Virus record (IMG/VR): IMGVR_UViG_3300037420_000928
Location: 24,751 to 88,750 of that record
Length of the DNA: 64,000 bases
Origin: a virus
Direction: 5' to 3' (one strand)
The position numbers and the translations under genes were made by a program. Every line of letters begins with the position of its first letter. Positions within the stretch are counted from its first letter, which is position 1. Of this stretch, positions 8,097 through 17,842 are shown one piece after another. Under the pieces are notes generated by a model. The model was not told the origin of the DNA, searched no databases, and saw only the letters and a list, made by a program, of their open reading frames with translations.

Positions 8097-10536
8097 GCCC
8101 TGGCTGACCCACCAGTTCCTGCCCTTCGACGCTTCTGAGCCTGTCCCGGTCCCCAAACCCGGACAGGTTCTTTTAGCGTGTGGCTCCAAGGCCATGGACC
8201 TCCTGAAGTCGGACAAGCTGGTCCACAAGGGGCTGGGGATAAACAAGCTGCGCGAGACGGCACACAAGGCCCCCAGCGGCGGCTTCATTTTTTTGACCTA
8301 TGACCCTGCGAGTTGTGCCAGCGATCCGGCCAACAAGGCGCTGATCCAGTGGGACGTGCAACTTATTTCACGGTTCATGCAGACGGGCTCGCTCAAGCCG
8401 GTATTCGGGGATTACACCTGGGTCCCGAACTTCACCAACCTAATCACGCGGGTGCTGCTGCGGTACAAGGAAACCGGCTTGCCGGTGGACGTCTCGCTCG
8501 ATACCGAAACCATGGGATTGGTCCCCTTCCACCCCGACAAGGATTTGGTCACCATCGGCTTCACCGATAGACCTGGTTACGGGGAATGCCTCTACATCAA
8601 CGGCGTCTGCGAAGAAGACCTGCCCATCATCCAGCCTCCTATTCAGCCGACGTTCTTCGCTGAAGTCGTTAAACTGTGGAATGAGGCTCACGGTAAAAGC
8701 GAACCGTTCCCCTGGACAGTTCTGGCGCAGATAGAGTGGCTATGCACCACGCCGATGATCAAGATGCGGGGCTCCAACCTCAAGTATGACAACATCTGGC
8801 TGTACGAGAAGCTGGGGTTCAGGTGCGATAATTTCAAATTCGACAACGCGATCGTCGGCTCGCTGCTGGACGAGAACAGGTCGAACTCCCTCAACGTTCA
8901 CACCAAGACCCTCGTACCCGATCTGGGGGGCTATGACGACGAGCTAAACTCCAAGTATGACAAAGGCCATATGGAGCTTATCCCTCAGGAAGACATGCTG
9001 CCCTATGCGGCTGGGGACTTGGATGCAGCTTATCGGGTGGCCGACGAACTCCGGGATCAGCTTCTTTCCCAACCCGATCTTGCCAAGTTCTATGTGACCA
9101 TCCTGCATCCGGCTGCCAAGGCGTTCGAAATGATCGAGCACCGAGGCATCTATGTCGACACCGCTAAGTACGACAAGCTGCACAAGGACCTCGACATCTA
9201 CATCGCCAAGAAGGAGCAGGAGTGCATCAACCTTCTCCCCGGCAAGCTGAAGTACAAGTACAAGGATAAGATCGAGGCTCAGCTTGCAGCCGGAAAGGAC
9301 CCGCTGCTACCGTCGATCCTCAAGGATTTCTATTTCTCTCCCCAGGGCCTGAACCTCAAACCGAAGATGTTCACCCCCAAGCCTGACAAGAACGGCGAGC
9401 CAGTGCCGTCCATGACCCAGGCGCACCTAAAGCAGTTTGCCACCGAGAACGAAGACGCGGCCAAGATGACCAAGGTCCTCGGGGAAATGGGCAGCGCCAG
9501 CAAGACCCGCTCCACCTTCGTGATCGGCTTCCTCAAGCACCTGACGCCGGACGGCAAGTTCCACCCGACCTACATGCTTTACAAGGGCGGGTACAACGAC
9601 GACGACAGCGACGAGAGCGGCACGGTCACCGGGCGACTGTCAGCCAAGGACCCGGCATTCCAGACCATACCCAAGAAGATCAAGGACAAGAAGGCCGACA
9701 AGTCGGAGCATTGGGCCAAGCGTATCCGGGAATGCTTCATCGCCCCGCCCGGCTATGTGATGTTCAACATCGACTTCAGCCAGGGTGAACTTCGGATCGT
9801 CGCGTGTGTGGCCAACGAAACCACCATGCTGCACGCTTACGAACAGAACCTCGACCTGCACGCGGTTACCGGCGCCAAATTGGCCGGGGTCGATTTCGAT
9901 GAATTCCTGACATGGAAGGATCACCACGACGCGGCCAAGGCGGCGATGTTCGAAGACCTACGCGGCAAGGCCAAGCCGGCAAACTTCGGCCTCCTCTACG
10001 GCATGGGATGGCAGGGCTTCCAGGCTTATGCTTGGGCACAATACGGCCTCATCCTCTCCGACACCGAGGCACAGGAGATGCGCAACGCCTTCTTCGAACT
10101 CTACCCAGGGCTGGTCCATTATCACGAAGAGTACAAGGAGTTCGCGCGTCACAACGAATATGTGGAGAGCCCGCTCGGCCGTATCCGGCATCTCCCGATG
10201 ATCAAGTCGTGGGACAAGGAGGTCAAGGCGCGTGCGGAACGGCAAGCGATCAACTCCCCGATCCAATCGACGCTTTCGGATATGATGCTCTGGTCAATCG
10301 CCCTGATTGAGGCTAACTTCAACCCGGACGATGTTCGCGCAATCGGAATGGTCCATGACGCCCTTGTCGGCTACATGAGGGAAGACAAGGTGCAGCAGCT
10401 TATGCCGCAGGTCATGGAGATCATGAGCAACCTGCCGTTCCACGAATTGGGATGGGAGCCGCAATTGAAATTCCCGGTCGACGCCGAATATGGTTACAAC
10501 ATGGCTGAGATGACCAAGTTCAAACTCGCGGCTTAA
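7954..10536 (+). CDS. polA: DNA polymerase, family A, with 3'-5' exonuclease and a probable degenerate UDG-like N-terminal domain
   Basis: ExoI LDTETMG; motif A DFSQGELR; motif B RGKAKPANFGLLYG; motif C VHDA; also GRLSAKDPAFQTIP and RQAINSPIQS. True start uncertain (7954, 7995 or later). Confidence 0.93.
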   Translation: MTIWRETQSGDFILMLEKDGESFPRLLIWTSSNAATLTPIFQPCLKSKPWLTHQFLPFDASEPVPVPKPGQVLLACGSKAMDLLKSDKLVHKGLGINKLRETAHKAPSGGFIFLTYDPASCASDPANKALIQWDVQLISRFMQTGSLKPVFGDYTWVPNFTNLITRVLLRYKETGLPVDVSLDTETMGLVPFHPDKDLVTIGFTDRPGYGECLYINGVCEEDLPIIQPPIQPTFFAEVVKLWNEAHGKSEPFPWTVLAQIEWLCTTPMIKMRGSNLKYDNIWLYEKLGFRCDNFKFDNAIVGSLLDENRSNSLNVHTKTLVPDLGGYDDELNSKYDKGHMELIPQEDMLPYAAGDLDAAYRVADELRDQLLSQPDLAKFYVTILHPAAKAFEMIEHRGIYVDTAKYDKLHKDLDIYIAKKEQECINLLPGKLKYKYKDKIEAQLAAGKDPLLPSILKDFYFSPQGLNLKPKMFTPKPDKNGEPVPSMTQAHLKQFATENEDAAKMTKVLGEMGSASKTRSTFVIGFLKHLTPDGKFHPTYMLYKGGYNDDDSDESGTVTGRLSAKDPAFQTIPKKIKDKKADKSEHWAKRIRECFIAPPGYVMFNIDFSQGELRIVACVANETTMLHAYEQNLDLHAVTGAKLAGVDFDEFLTWKDHHDAAKAAMFEDLRGKAKPANFGLLYGMGWQGFQAYAWAQYGLILSDTEAQEMRNAFFELYPGLVHYHEEYKEFARHNEYVESPLGRIRHLPMIKSWDKEVKARAERQAINSPIQSTLSDMMLWSIALIEANFNPDDVRAIGMVHDALVGYMREDKVQQLMPQVMEIMSNLPFHELGWEPQLKFPVDAEYGYNMAEMTKFKLAA
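8357..8370 (+). promoter_or_regulatory. Palindrome variant TGCAACTTATTTCA (in polymerase CDS)
   Basis: Fits TG(C/A)AA-N4-TT(G/T)CA. Confidence 0.4.
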
Positions 10537-10547
10537 AGGAAGGCATC

Positions 10548-12239
10548 ATGTCGAAGGTAAGTATCTCAAAGGCGAATAAGGGGGAGGTGTCTCCTCCGAC
10601 GCTGACCCATACGGAAAGCGTCAATGACGACGGCAGGAAGGGGCACACCGTCTCGATCGTCATGATGGACGATATGCTGTTGCGCAAGCTGGCAGGGATG
10701 GAAGCGTCCTCCAATGCCAAGGAAACCGAGGACCAGTTCAAGAACTACTATCTTGGCGGTTCGGCCGGCAACAGCTACGCGGTCATCAAGCCCCCTTATA
10801 ACCTGGATCAGTTGTGGCGCCTGACGACCCAGAACAATGCCCTCATGCCCTGTATCGACGCCTATGTGACCAACATCGACGGCACCGGCTTCAGGATCAC
10901 CGCCGACGACATCAAGCCGGAAGACGAGGACACCGATCCTGAAATCCAAGCTATCTGGGGCTTCTTCAACGAGGTATGGCCGGGGGAGAGCTTCATCTCC
11001 GTTCGCAAGAAGGTGAGGCGCGACAAGCATTCCATCGGCAACGGTTACATGGAAGTCGTTAAGAACCCCTACGACCAGATTTGCTTCATTCGCCATGTCG
11101 ACGGCAAGACGATGCGGTTGGTGCAGCTTGACGAGCCGACCCCGGTCCTGAAGGTGTACGAGCGTTGGGGAGAGCAGGTGGAGATCACCACCCACATCCG
11201 GGAACGGCGCTTTGCTCAGATCGTCAACCAGGGCGGTTCGATCATCTATTTCCGTGAATTCGGCGCGTCCCGCCATCTGAACAAATACACGGGCGCCTGG
11301 GAAGGCCCCAACAATCCGGTAGCGGTGAAAGATCGGGCCACGGAAATCCTCCATTTCCCCGACGTGCCGGACGCGACCAGCCCCTATGGCGTACCGCGCT
11401 GGATCACCCAGCTTCCGTCTGTGCTCGGGTCCCGCAAGGCCGAGGAATTCAACATGGAGTTCTTCGACAACGGCGGTATCCCCCCGGCGCTGGTTATTCT
11501 CCAGGGCGGCTCTCTTGCCGCGCACACCCGTCAGCAGATCGAGAACCTGTCCTTCGTCAGGGCCGCCAAGAAACAGCGGCTGATGGTCGTGGAAGCGGAG
11601 CCCACCGGGGGATCGCTCGATAGCCCCGGCACCGTCAAGGTCACCGTCGAGCGCTTCGGAACGGAGAGACAGAATGACAGCATGTTCGAAAAATATGACG
11701 ACAAGTGCGAGCAGCGCGTTCGTCGGGCATTTCGCCTTCCGCCCATCTTCGTCGGCGCCAGCAGCGACTATAATTTCGCGACCGCTTATGCTTCATATAC
11801 CGTTGCCGAAGCCCAAGTCTTCCGGCCGGAGCGTGAAGATTTCGATGAGGTCATATCGCTGAAGATCATGCCGTTCATCGGTAAGAGCGCTGCCACCAAG
11901 ACCGACACCAAGAAGCGCGTCTACCGGATGCGGTCGTTGCCGCTGCAAATCCAGGAAGCCACCACCAAGCTCGACGCTGTCAAGCAGGCGCAGTCGACGG
12001 GACATGTGTCCCCGCAGACATTGGTCACTACCATGAACGAGATCGCCGGCCTCAACATGAAGGTCGAGGATCATGCCGTCATGCCGGTGCAGGGCGAGCA
12101 GAAGGATACCGGTGGAGTGCCTGGGCAGCAAGGAAACCCGGGTGGCAAGAGCGGCGGCAAATCCCCGACCCACGATCTTAACCAGCAGACCGGTGCTCCG
12201 AACGGGGTCAAAACCCCCGCTGCCAAGGAAGCTGCCTGA
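10548..12239 (+). CDS. Portal protein (PBSX/HK97-like)
   Basis: Motifs IGNGYMEVVKN, YGVPRWI, FFDNGGIPPALVILQG, VRRAFRLPPIFVG; precedes protease, scaffold and capsid genes. Confidence 0.88.
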   Translation: MSKVSISKANKGEVSPPTLTHTESVNDDGRKGHTVSIVMMDDMLLRKLAGMEASSNAKETEDQFKNYYLGGSAGNSYAVIKPPYNLDQLWRLTTQNNALMPCIDAYVTNIDGTGFRITADDIKPEDEDTDPEIQAIWGFFNEVWPGESFISVRKKVRRDKHSIGNGYMEVVKNPYDQICFIRHVDGKTMRLVQLDEPTPVLKVYERWGEQVEITTHIRERRFAQIVNQGGSIIYFREFGASRHLNKYTGAWEGPNNPVAVKDRATEILHFPDVPDATSPYGVPRWITQLPSVLGSRKAEEFNMEFFDNGGIPPALVILQGGSLAAHTRQQIENLSFVRAAKKQRLMVVEAEPTGGSLDSPGTVKVTVERFGTERQNDSMFEKYDDKCEQRVRRAFRLPPIFVGASSDYNFATAYASYTVAEAQVFRPEREDFDEVISLKIMPFIGKSAATKTDTKKRVYRMRSLPLQIQEATTKLDAVKQAQSTGHVSPQTLVTTMNEIAGLNMKVEDHAVMPVQGEQKDTGGVPGQQGNPGGKSGGKSPTHDLNQQTGAPNGVKTPAAKEAA

Positions 12240-12311
12240 GAGACATTTAGCCGACATTTTAATGTCCCTGAACATGGGTCGGAAGATTAACCACTTCCGG
12301 CCCATTCTTAT

Positions 12312-12325
12312 TGCAACATATTGCA
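12312..12325 (+). promoter_or_regulatory. Palindrome copy TGCAACATATTGCA (intergenic, upstream of head protease)
   Basis: One mismatch to the core 14-mer, in the spacer. Confidence 0.7.
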
Positions 12326-12384
12326 CTGGCTCCACGCTTCCGTATTAATGACCTCAATTCTGATTTGGCTGGTCGAGGGAGTAA

Positions 12385-13023
12385 TTGGTGACCAAAAACG
12401 CCATCACTGCCGCGATCAAAAAGACAGATGACGACGAGCGTTTGGTGTTCGCGGAAGTTTACGCGCCGGACAAGCTGGATAGTCAAAACGACTTCATGTC
12501 GGCTGAGACGATCCGAAAGATGGCCTACGATTTCCTCGCGAATGCCCGGGTTCTGAATGTGGACACAAACCACAATCGGGAACCAAACGGATCGGTGGTC
12601 GTGGAGAGCTTCATAGCTCGTGCTGGGGACCCCGATTTCATTGTCGGCTCTTGGGTAATCGGGGTTTATGTCCCTGACGACACAATCTGGGCCATGGTGA
12701 AATCGGGGGAACTGAACGGTTTCTCTCTCGACGGCAGCGGCAAGCGCACCGAAGTCGAAGTCACTCTGATCCTGCCAGACATAATGAAGGGCCGCACGAT
12801 GAAGGCGGGCGAAGATGAGCACGATCACGAGTTCATCGTAGCCTACAACAAAGACGGCGACTTCATTGGGGGGTGGACGGATGTGGGGCCAGATGGTTTC
12901 CGTCACGAAATCCTCCGAGGCACAGTAACGGAAACCGCCAATGGCCACGCCCACCGGTTTTCGTATGTTGAAGGCGTGATACTGGTGAACACGGATGACG
13001 ACAATCTCCCTGAAGGCGAATGA
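12385..13023 (+). CDS. Prohead protease, XkdF-like
   Basis: ERLVFAEVYAPDKLDSQNDFMSAETIRKMAYDF, NHN, VVESFIAR, GSWVIGV, VKSGELNGFSLDG; GTG start. Confidence 0.8.
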   Translation: MVTKNAITAAIKKTDDDERLVFAEVYAPDKLDSQNDFMSAETIRKMAYDFLANARVLNVDTNHNREPNGSVVVESFIARAGDPDFIVGSWVIGVYVPDDTIWAMVKSGELNGFSLDGSGKRTEVEVTLILPDIMKGRTMKAGEDEHDHEFIVAYNKDGDFIGGWTDVGPDGFRHEILRGTVTETANGHAHRFSYVEGVILVNTDDDNLPEGE

Positions 13024-14107
13024 GCTTTCCGAAACCAACGTCCAAATCGTCTCCATGGTCAAGCGCGGGGCCAACCGCATTCCTTTCCGCATCGTCAAAG
13101 AGGACAACGAAGACATGCTCAATCTCGACAAAATCGCCGCAAAGGGCTTCGTGAAGTCCGAACAGAAGGGCGGTGTCCTGGCCGTCATCGTCAACAAGAC
13201 CGCAGACGTCGAAGCCGTTGCTGCGGCTCTGGCCAACACCGGCCTCAAGCTCGAAAAGGGCGAAGAGGGCGAAAACACCATCGTCTTCAAGCAGGAAGGC
13301 ATTTCCGAATTCGATGTCGGCATGATCAAGCTGGACGATGACGTGATCGTCGCCGTCTCCGGTCTGCAGAAGGGCTTCTCGGCTTACGACTGGCAGAACA
13401 CCGATTTCGCCACCGTCTTCGCCACCGAGGGCTTCTACCCGTCGCTGCGCACCGCCACCGACGCCATGGAGACGACCATCTCCAATATCCTCTACAAGTC
13501 GGAGAACAAGGCCGAGATCAGCACCAAGGTGACCAAGTGCCTTTCGGACTTCGGCTCCCTGGTCAACACGCTCGTCGCCAATATCCCCGAAGCCGCTGTC
13601 AAGGCCGACGAAGCCCTGAAGTCGGAAACCTATGTCGCTGCCAAGAAGACGGCCGGCACGGCTGCCTGCGATCCGGCGATGACGGAAGCCGACAAGAAGA
13701 AGATGAAGACGCCGGCCAAGAAGGAAGACGAGCCCAAGGTGGAAGACACCGCCAAGGGCGACGAAGCCAAGCCGGAAGCCAAAGACGGCGAAGCGGTCAA
13801 GGAAGCGCCCAAAGTCGAGAAGACCGAGGACAACGCCGACCTGCTCGCCAAGATTGGCGACCTGATTACCCAGGGTATCGAAAAGGCGCTGGCCCCGGTC
13901 ACCGCTTCGGTAGACGCCCTGAAGACGGATTTCGGCAAGGTGAACAGCCGTGTCGAAGAGGTGGCGGCCACCGCCAAGAAAGCCGATCAGGCCATCAAGG
14001 GGACTGTGACCATCAGCAGCGCCCCCGACCGGTCTGTGACCAAGAAGACGGATAGCGAGGGAACTGTTCCTCCGCCGCTCGATACCGCATTCATGAAGAA
14101 CGTCTGA
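12995..14107 (+). CDS. Probable capsid scaffold / head maturation protein
   Basis: N-terminal VSMVKRGANR protease-adjacent motif, K/E/A-rich linker and coiled-coil C-terminus; lies between protease and capsid genes. Confidence 0.6.
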   Translation: MTTISLKANELSETNVQIVSMVKRGANRIPFRIVKEDNEDMLNLDKIAAKGFVKSEQKGGVLAVIVNKTADVEAVAAALANTGLKLEKGEEGENTIVFKQEGISEFDVGMIKLDDDVIVAVSGLQKGFSAYDWQNTDFATVFATEGFYPSLRTATDAMETTISNILYKSENKAEISTKVTKCLSDFGSLVNTLVANIPEAAVKADEALKSETYVAAKKTAGTAACDPAMTEADKKKMKTPAKKEDEPKVEDTAKGDEAKPEAKDGEAVKEAPKVEKTEDNADLLAKIGDLITQGIEKALAPVTASVDALKTDFGKVNSRVEEVAATAKKADQAIKGTVTISSAPDRSVTKKTDSEGTVPPPLDTAFMKNV

Positions 14108-14162
14108 TCTTTCTGAATGCATCTTTAAGCCAATCTCGCTATCTCAAAAGGACCTATGAAAC

Positions 14163-15131
14163 ATGGACAACAAGACGCTTCTGCAAAAGGCCGACATCAC
14201 CATCGCTGACCTCCAGGCGAACGGCGGCGACCTGCTCCCGGAACAGGGTGCAACTTTCATCCGCAAGCTGATCAAGCAGTCGACCCTGCTCCCGCAGGTC
14301 CGCACCGTCGAGATGCTTGCCTCCCAGCGCAAGATCAACAAGATCAGCTTCGCCTCACGTATCCTGCGTGCTGCAGTTTCGGCAACGGCGCCGTCGAGTG
14401 GTCAGCGCTCCAAGCCCACGACCGAACAGATCGAACTGAACACCAAGGAAGTGATCGCGGTCGTCTACATCCCCTACGACGTGATGGAAGACAACATCGA
14501 ACGCGCTTCCACTGCCGACAACGGCGCGGCCAACGACGGCCCGGGCGCTTTCCGTCAGACGATCATCGAACTGATCGCGGAGCGGGCGGCTTCCGATCTG
14601 GAAGAAGGCCTGCTGCTGGGCGACAGCACCTATACCTCGGGTGACGCCGACGATCAGGCCTATATGCGCCTGTGGGAAGGCTACATGAAGCGCGGCTATA
14701 CGGGCGGCAATCTTGTCGACGTCAGCAACGCGACGATCGCCAAGGAAGTGTTCAAGTCGGGGATGAAGGCTCTTCCGGTCCAGTACCAGAAGAACATCCC
14801 GCAGATGAAGCACTTCGTCTCCATGAACCAGGAGATCGAGTACCGCGACACGCTCGCCAACCGTGGCACGTCCATGGGTGACAGCTACACGACCGGCGCC
14901 GCTGCTGCCTATGCCTACTCCTCCAAGGTCGAAGGCATCCAGTACATGCCGGAAGCCAAGGGCCTCTACACCAACCCGCTGAACCTGATCTTCGGCATTC
15001 AGCGCCGGGTGTCGATGGAGTTCGACAAGGACATCGAAGCTCGCGTTTACAAGATCGTGCTGACGGCTCGCGTCGACTGCCAGATCGAGGAAGACGACGC
15101 TCTCGTGGAATATGTGAACATCGCTTCGTAA
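14163..15131 (+). CDS. Major capsid protein (HK97 fold)
   Basis: GGDLLPEQGATFIRKLIKQSTLL...ELNTKEVIAVVYIPYDVMEDNIE...NPLNLIFGIQRRVSME; size and position fit. Confidence 0.88.
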   Translation: MDNKTLLQKADITIADLQANGGDLLPEQGATFIRKLIKQSTLLPQVRTVEMLASQRKINKISFASRILRAAVSATAPSSGQRSKPTTEQIELNTKEVIAVVYIPYDVMEDNIERASTADNGAANDGPGAFRQTIIELIAERAASDLEEGLLLGDSTYTSGDADDQAYMRLWEGYMKRGYTGGNLVDVSNATIAKEVFKSGMKALPVQYQKNIPQMKHFVSMNQEIEYRDTLANRGTSMGDSYTTGAAAAYAYSSKVEGIQYMPEAKGLYTNPLNLIFGIQRRVSMEFDKDIEARVYKIVLTARVDCQIEEDDALVEYVNIAS

Positions 15132-15157
15132 GGCTCTTGCGCGGCGCTGACCTGACC

Positions 15158-15193
15158 GGAGGGGGAGGGAGCTTCGGCTTGCCTCCCTCTTCT
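15158..15193 (+). terminator. GC-rich hairpin after capsid gene (cUUCGg loop), possible terminator or processing site
   Basis: GAGGGGGAGGGAGC-TTCG-GCTTGCCTCCCTCTTC; lacks a good U-tract. Confidence 0.4.
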
Positions 15194-15224
15194 GCATCAA
15201 CCCTAAATCAGAAGGACTGCTTTA

Positions 15225-15848
15225 ATGTCGACTGTCACCATCAAGATGGCTTCGTTCCACAAGGGCGACCTGCACCTCTTCCGGGGCGAGAATGAAGTTC
15301 CTGCCCACATCGCCGTGACCCTCATGGGCGACGAACGTTTCAATGTGAAATTCCACCCAGGCGAGGATGTGAACGCGGCTCTGTCCGGCGAGGCGCCGGC
15401 TGCCGAATTCGATGACAGCGGTGTGCCGGTCGACAAGGTCGTTCGCTACGGCATGATCGCCGGGGCCATCCTTTACGTCTCGCTCAACGACGAACTGTTC
15501 CCGAACGCGATCACCAAGAACGGCGCCGTCGATTGCCGCGTGCTCACCAAGCTGCTTGGCTGGCAGGTGACCACTGTCGACCGCGACGAGGCCATGAAGC
15601 GGGCGGAGAAGGGCACGATCGATCTGATCGACTATATCCCGACGAAGGAAACCACCCTTGAACCGATCGAGGACGAGCGTGGAGACGAAGGAGGGGAGCA
15701 GGGGACCCTTGACACCGGGACCCAACCCATCCCTCTCCAGAGCGCCCCCAAGGCCAAGACCAAGCCGGACCCCAAGGCCAAGACCAAGGGTGCCATCTCG
15801 ATTGCCTCCAAACCGAATGACGGCACGTCCAACGCCGTGAAGGTCTGA
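15225..15848 (+). CDS. Hypothetical head-region protein
   Basis: ORF after the capsid gene, with a low-complexity K/P-rich C-terminus. Confidence 0.65.
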   Translation: MSTVTIKMASFHKGDLHLFRGENEVPAHIAVTLMGDERFNVKFHPGEDVNAALSGEAPAAEFDDSGVPVDKVVRYGMIAGAILYVSLNDELFPNAITKNGAVDCRVLTKLLGWQVTTVDRDEAMKRAEKGTIDLIDYIPTKETTLEPIEDERGDEGGEQGTLDTGTQPIPLQSAPKAKTKPDPKAKTKGAISIASKPNDGTSNAVKV

Positions 15849-15853
15849 CCCCA

Positions 15854-16465
15854 ATGCGCCTGATAGACCCGACGGTCGTGCTCGACCACCTTGCCAAGGA
15901 AAACTCCACGGACAACCTCCTAGCTGCCACTTCGGCGGTGGAGCTTGCCACGGCGGCCTGCGAAGCGCGGCTGTCGACTTCCTTCAATGCTGGCACAGCC
16001 GTGGACGTCATGTACATCACATCGTCCATGCCGTTGGGTCTGACGGCTTTTCAAACAAGGCTCCTGGCCTCCAGGGGCTTTATCACTTCAGCCAGCCTGA
16101 CGACGGTCAAAGCCTTGGGCGTTGCCAAGTTCGGGACGGATGAAGAGACGGCGCTGACGAATGTCGTCATCAATTACGACAAGGGCATCGTCACTCTCGT
16201 GGACGACGACCTGACCGGTTATTACGTCAAGCTGTCCTACTCCTACGGCTTTGCCAACACAGGCGGCCTTTACACAGGCGCCCCGGAATGGCTGCAGGAA
16301 GCCTGCAAGCTCATGGCGCTGATGACGCTGATTTCCGGCCCCAACCCGACCATTACCGAAAAGAAGGACGTCGTTGAGAGCACCCCGAAGGCTCTGGCCA
16401 CCCAATTCGAAACGATCATGGCCCAGAACATTCGGTATGCTCCCGGCGCTGCTATGCCGCTCTGA
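15854..16465 (+). CDS. Probable head-tail adaptor
   Basis: Position, plus YSYGF...PEWLQEACKLMA pattern typical of gp6/gp15-like adaptors. Confidence 0.6.
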   Translation: MRLIDPTVVLDHLAKENSTDNLLAATSAVELATAACEARLSTSFNAGTAVDVMYITSSMPLGLTAFQTRLLASRGFITSASLTTVKALGVAKFGTDEETALTNVVINYDKGIVTLVDDDLTGYYVKLSYSYGFANTGGLYTGAPEWLQEACKLMALMTLISGPNPTITEKKDVVESTPKALATQFETIMAQNIRYAPGAAMPL

Positions 16466-17094
16466 TGAAGATTTCCCTTTCGCTCAAGGTACAGGGCCGC
16501 GAATACATGTCCCCCAGCCGGGGGATTTCTGCGTTTCGGGCTCAGCTTCAGAAATCGTTCGAAGAGGGCGTCGAGAAGGTCAAGCCTGATATGCGCGTCT
16601 ACCTGGACGAGGTCGTGGAGGCTCTGGTCGAGAAGCACTCCAAACCCTGGCCAGGAGGGACGACCCCCAACTCTCTGTCGAAGCGCAGCGGCGCGGGCGT
16701 GCAGTCGATCCGGGAAGGTGCCAAGATCACAGGCGGCCGACTGGACACGCTCAGAGCCCGGCTACAAATACCTACTCCGATGGCCTATCACGAGGCTGGC
16801 TATACCAAGTCTGCGGCTGGGAAACTGCTGACCATTCCGCTCCCGGCCGCGCTTGACGGCAGAGGCGTGCCATTGCGGCGGAGCCCGAGGGACTGGGAGA
16901 ACACATTCGTCACCACGTCGAAGAACGGCAACCTGATTATCTTCCAGCGCAAGGGTCGGCGCATCGTACCGCTCTACGTGCTGAAGGACAGCGTCAACGT
17001 CCCGCCACGGCTGGGAGCACGGGCCGCCTTCCAATCTGGAATTCCCCATTTCCAGGAGCGCATGGCTGACGACTTCGCCAAGGCATTCCAGTGA
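16465..17094 (+). CDS. Probable neck / tail-completion protein
   Basis: Basic; YHEAG and KLLTIPL...LYVLKDSVNVPPR motifs; position fits. Confidence 0.55.
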   Translation: MKISLSLKVQGREYMSPSRGISAFRAQLQKSFEEGVEKVKPDMRVYLDEVVEALVEKHSKPWPGGTTPNSLSKRSGAGVQSIREGAKITGGRLDTLRARLQIPTPMAYHEAGYTKSAAGKLLTIPLPAALDGRGVPLRRSPRDWENTFVTTSKNGNLIIFQRKGRRIVPLYVLKDSVNVPPRLGARAAFQSGIPHFQERMADDFAKAFQ

Positions 17095-17105
17095 AATAAA
17101 TTGCA
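17092..17105 (+). promoter_or_regulatory. Palindrome variant TGAAATAAATTGCA (gene junction)
   Basis: Identical to the copy at 57966. Confidence 0.55.
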
Positions 17106-17116
17106 ACGAGGATATC

Positions 17117-17605
17117 ATGTCGAACATCTCCAAGCGCAGCCAAATCCTCACCACCATTCGCGACCTGTACAAGGCGGTGGCGGCTGGCGCTCCTGTTGGT
17201 GATCCTTTCCCCTTTGCCTTCAGCCGGGCGGAACTGGGACCGATTGCCTATGGCGCCGACGCCAAGCAATACACGGTCGGTATCGTCGCCGGGGATGAGA
17301 CCAAGCGTGACCTGTTCCCCTTCAAGGAAGCCACCCTGCCGATCGCCATTGAATTTCAGCGCGTCAAGCAAAAGGGCGAAGCCTCGACGGCCGAGATGGC
17401 AGAAGAGATGCTGACGGTCGTGCAGCGGGTCGTCAACGAGGCTTCGACGGCGGGAACGACCAACACCCTCAATCTCGATTTCGTGGTCGATGTCCGGGAG
17501 ACCGGTAATCACGTCGATCTCGACAGTTTCGCTGACAAGGCCATTGCCGGCGTCCTCTATATCGAAGTGCAGTACCGTCACTCTCGATATGACACCAGAA
17601 CTTAA
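17117..17605 (+). CDS. Probable tail terminator protein
   Basis: Size and position before the tail tube gene; alternating beta pattern. Confidence 0.5.
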   Translation: MSNISKRSQILTTIRDLYKAVAAGAPVGDPFPFAFSRAELGPIAYGADAKQYTVGIVAGDETKRDLFPFKEATLPIAIEFQRVKQKGEASTAEMAEEMLTVVQRVVNEASTAGTTNTLNLDFVVDVRETGNHVDLDSFADKAIAGVLYIEVQYRHSRYDTRT

Positions 17606-17627
17606 CCCGGAGCAAGGAGAGTACCAG

Positions 17628-17816
17628 ATGGCTGTAAAAATCTCGACAAGCGGCAAGAATGAAGCGAAAAGCGAAAGCGAGACGCTGCCGAATGAGGAAG
17701 AGACTGCAGTGCCCGCAGGAGAAGAGGTCATCTACCCGGATGGCACCCTTCAGCTTCCCCGAGAAGGCGGCGTCTTCATTGCAAACGAAGATGGAACCAC
17801 GACCAAGCAAGACTGA
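17628..17816 (+). CDS. Small acidic hypothetical protein
   Basis: AAGGAG RBS then MAVKISTSGKNE... Confidence 0.55.
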   Translation: MAVKISTSGKNEAKSESETLPNEEETAVPAGEEVIYPDGTLQLPREGGVFIANEDGTTTKQD

Positions 17817-17842
17817 AGTCGTCCATCACAACTAGGTAAAGG

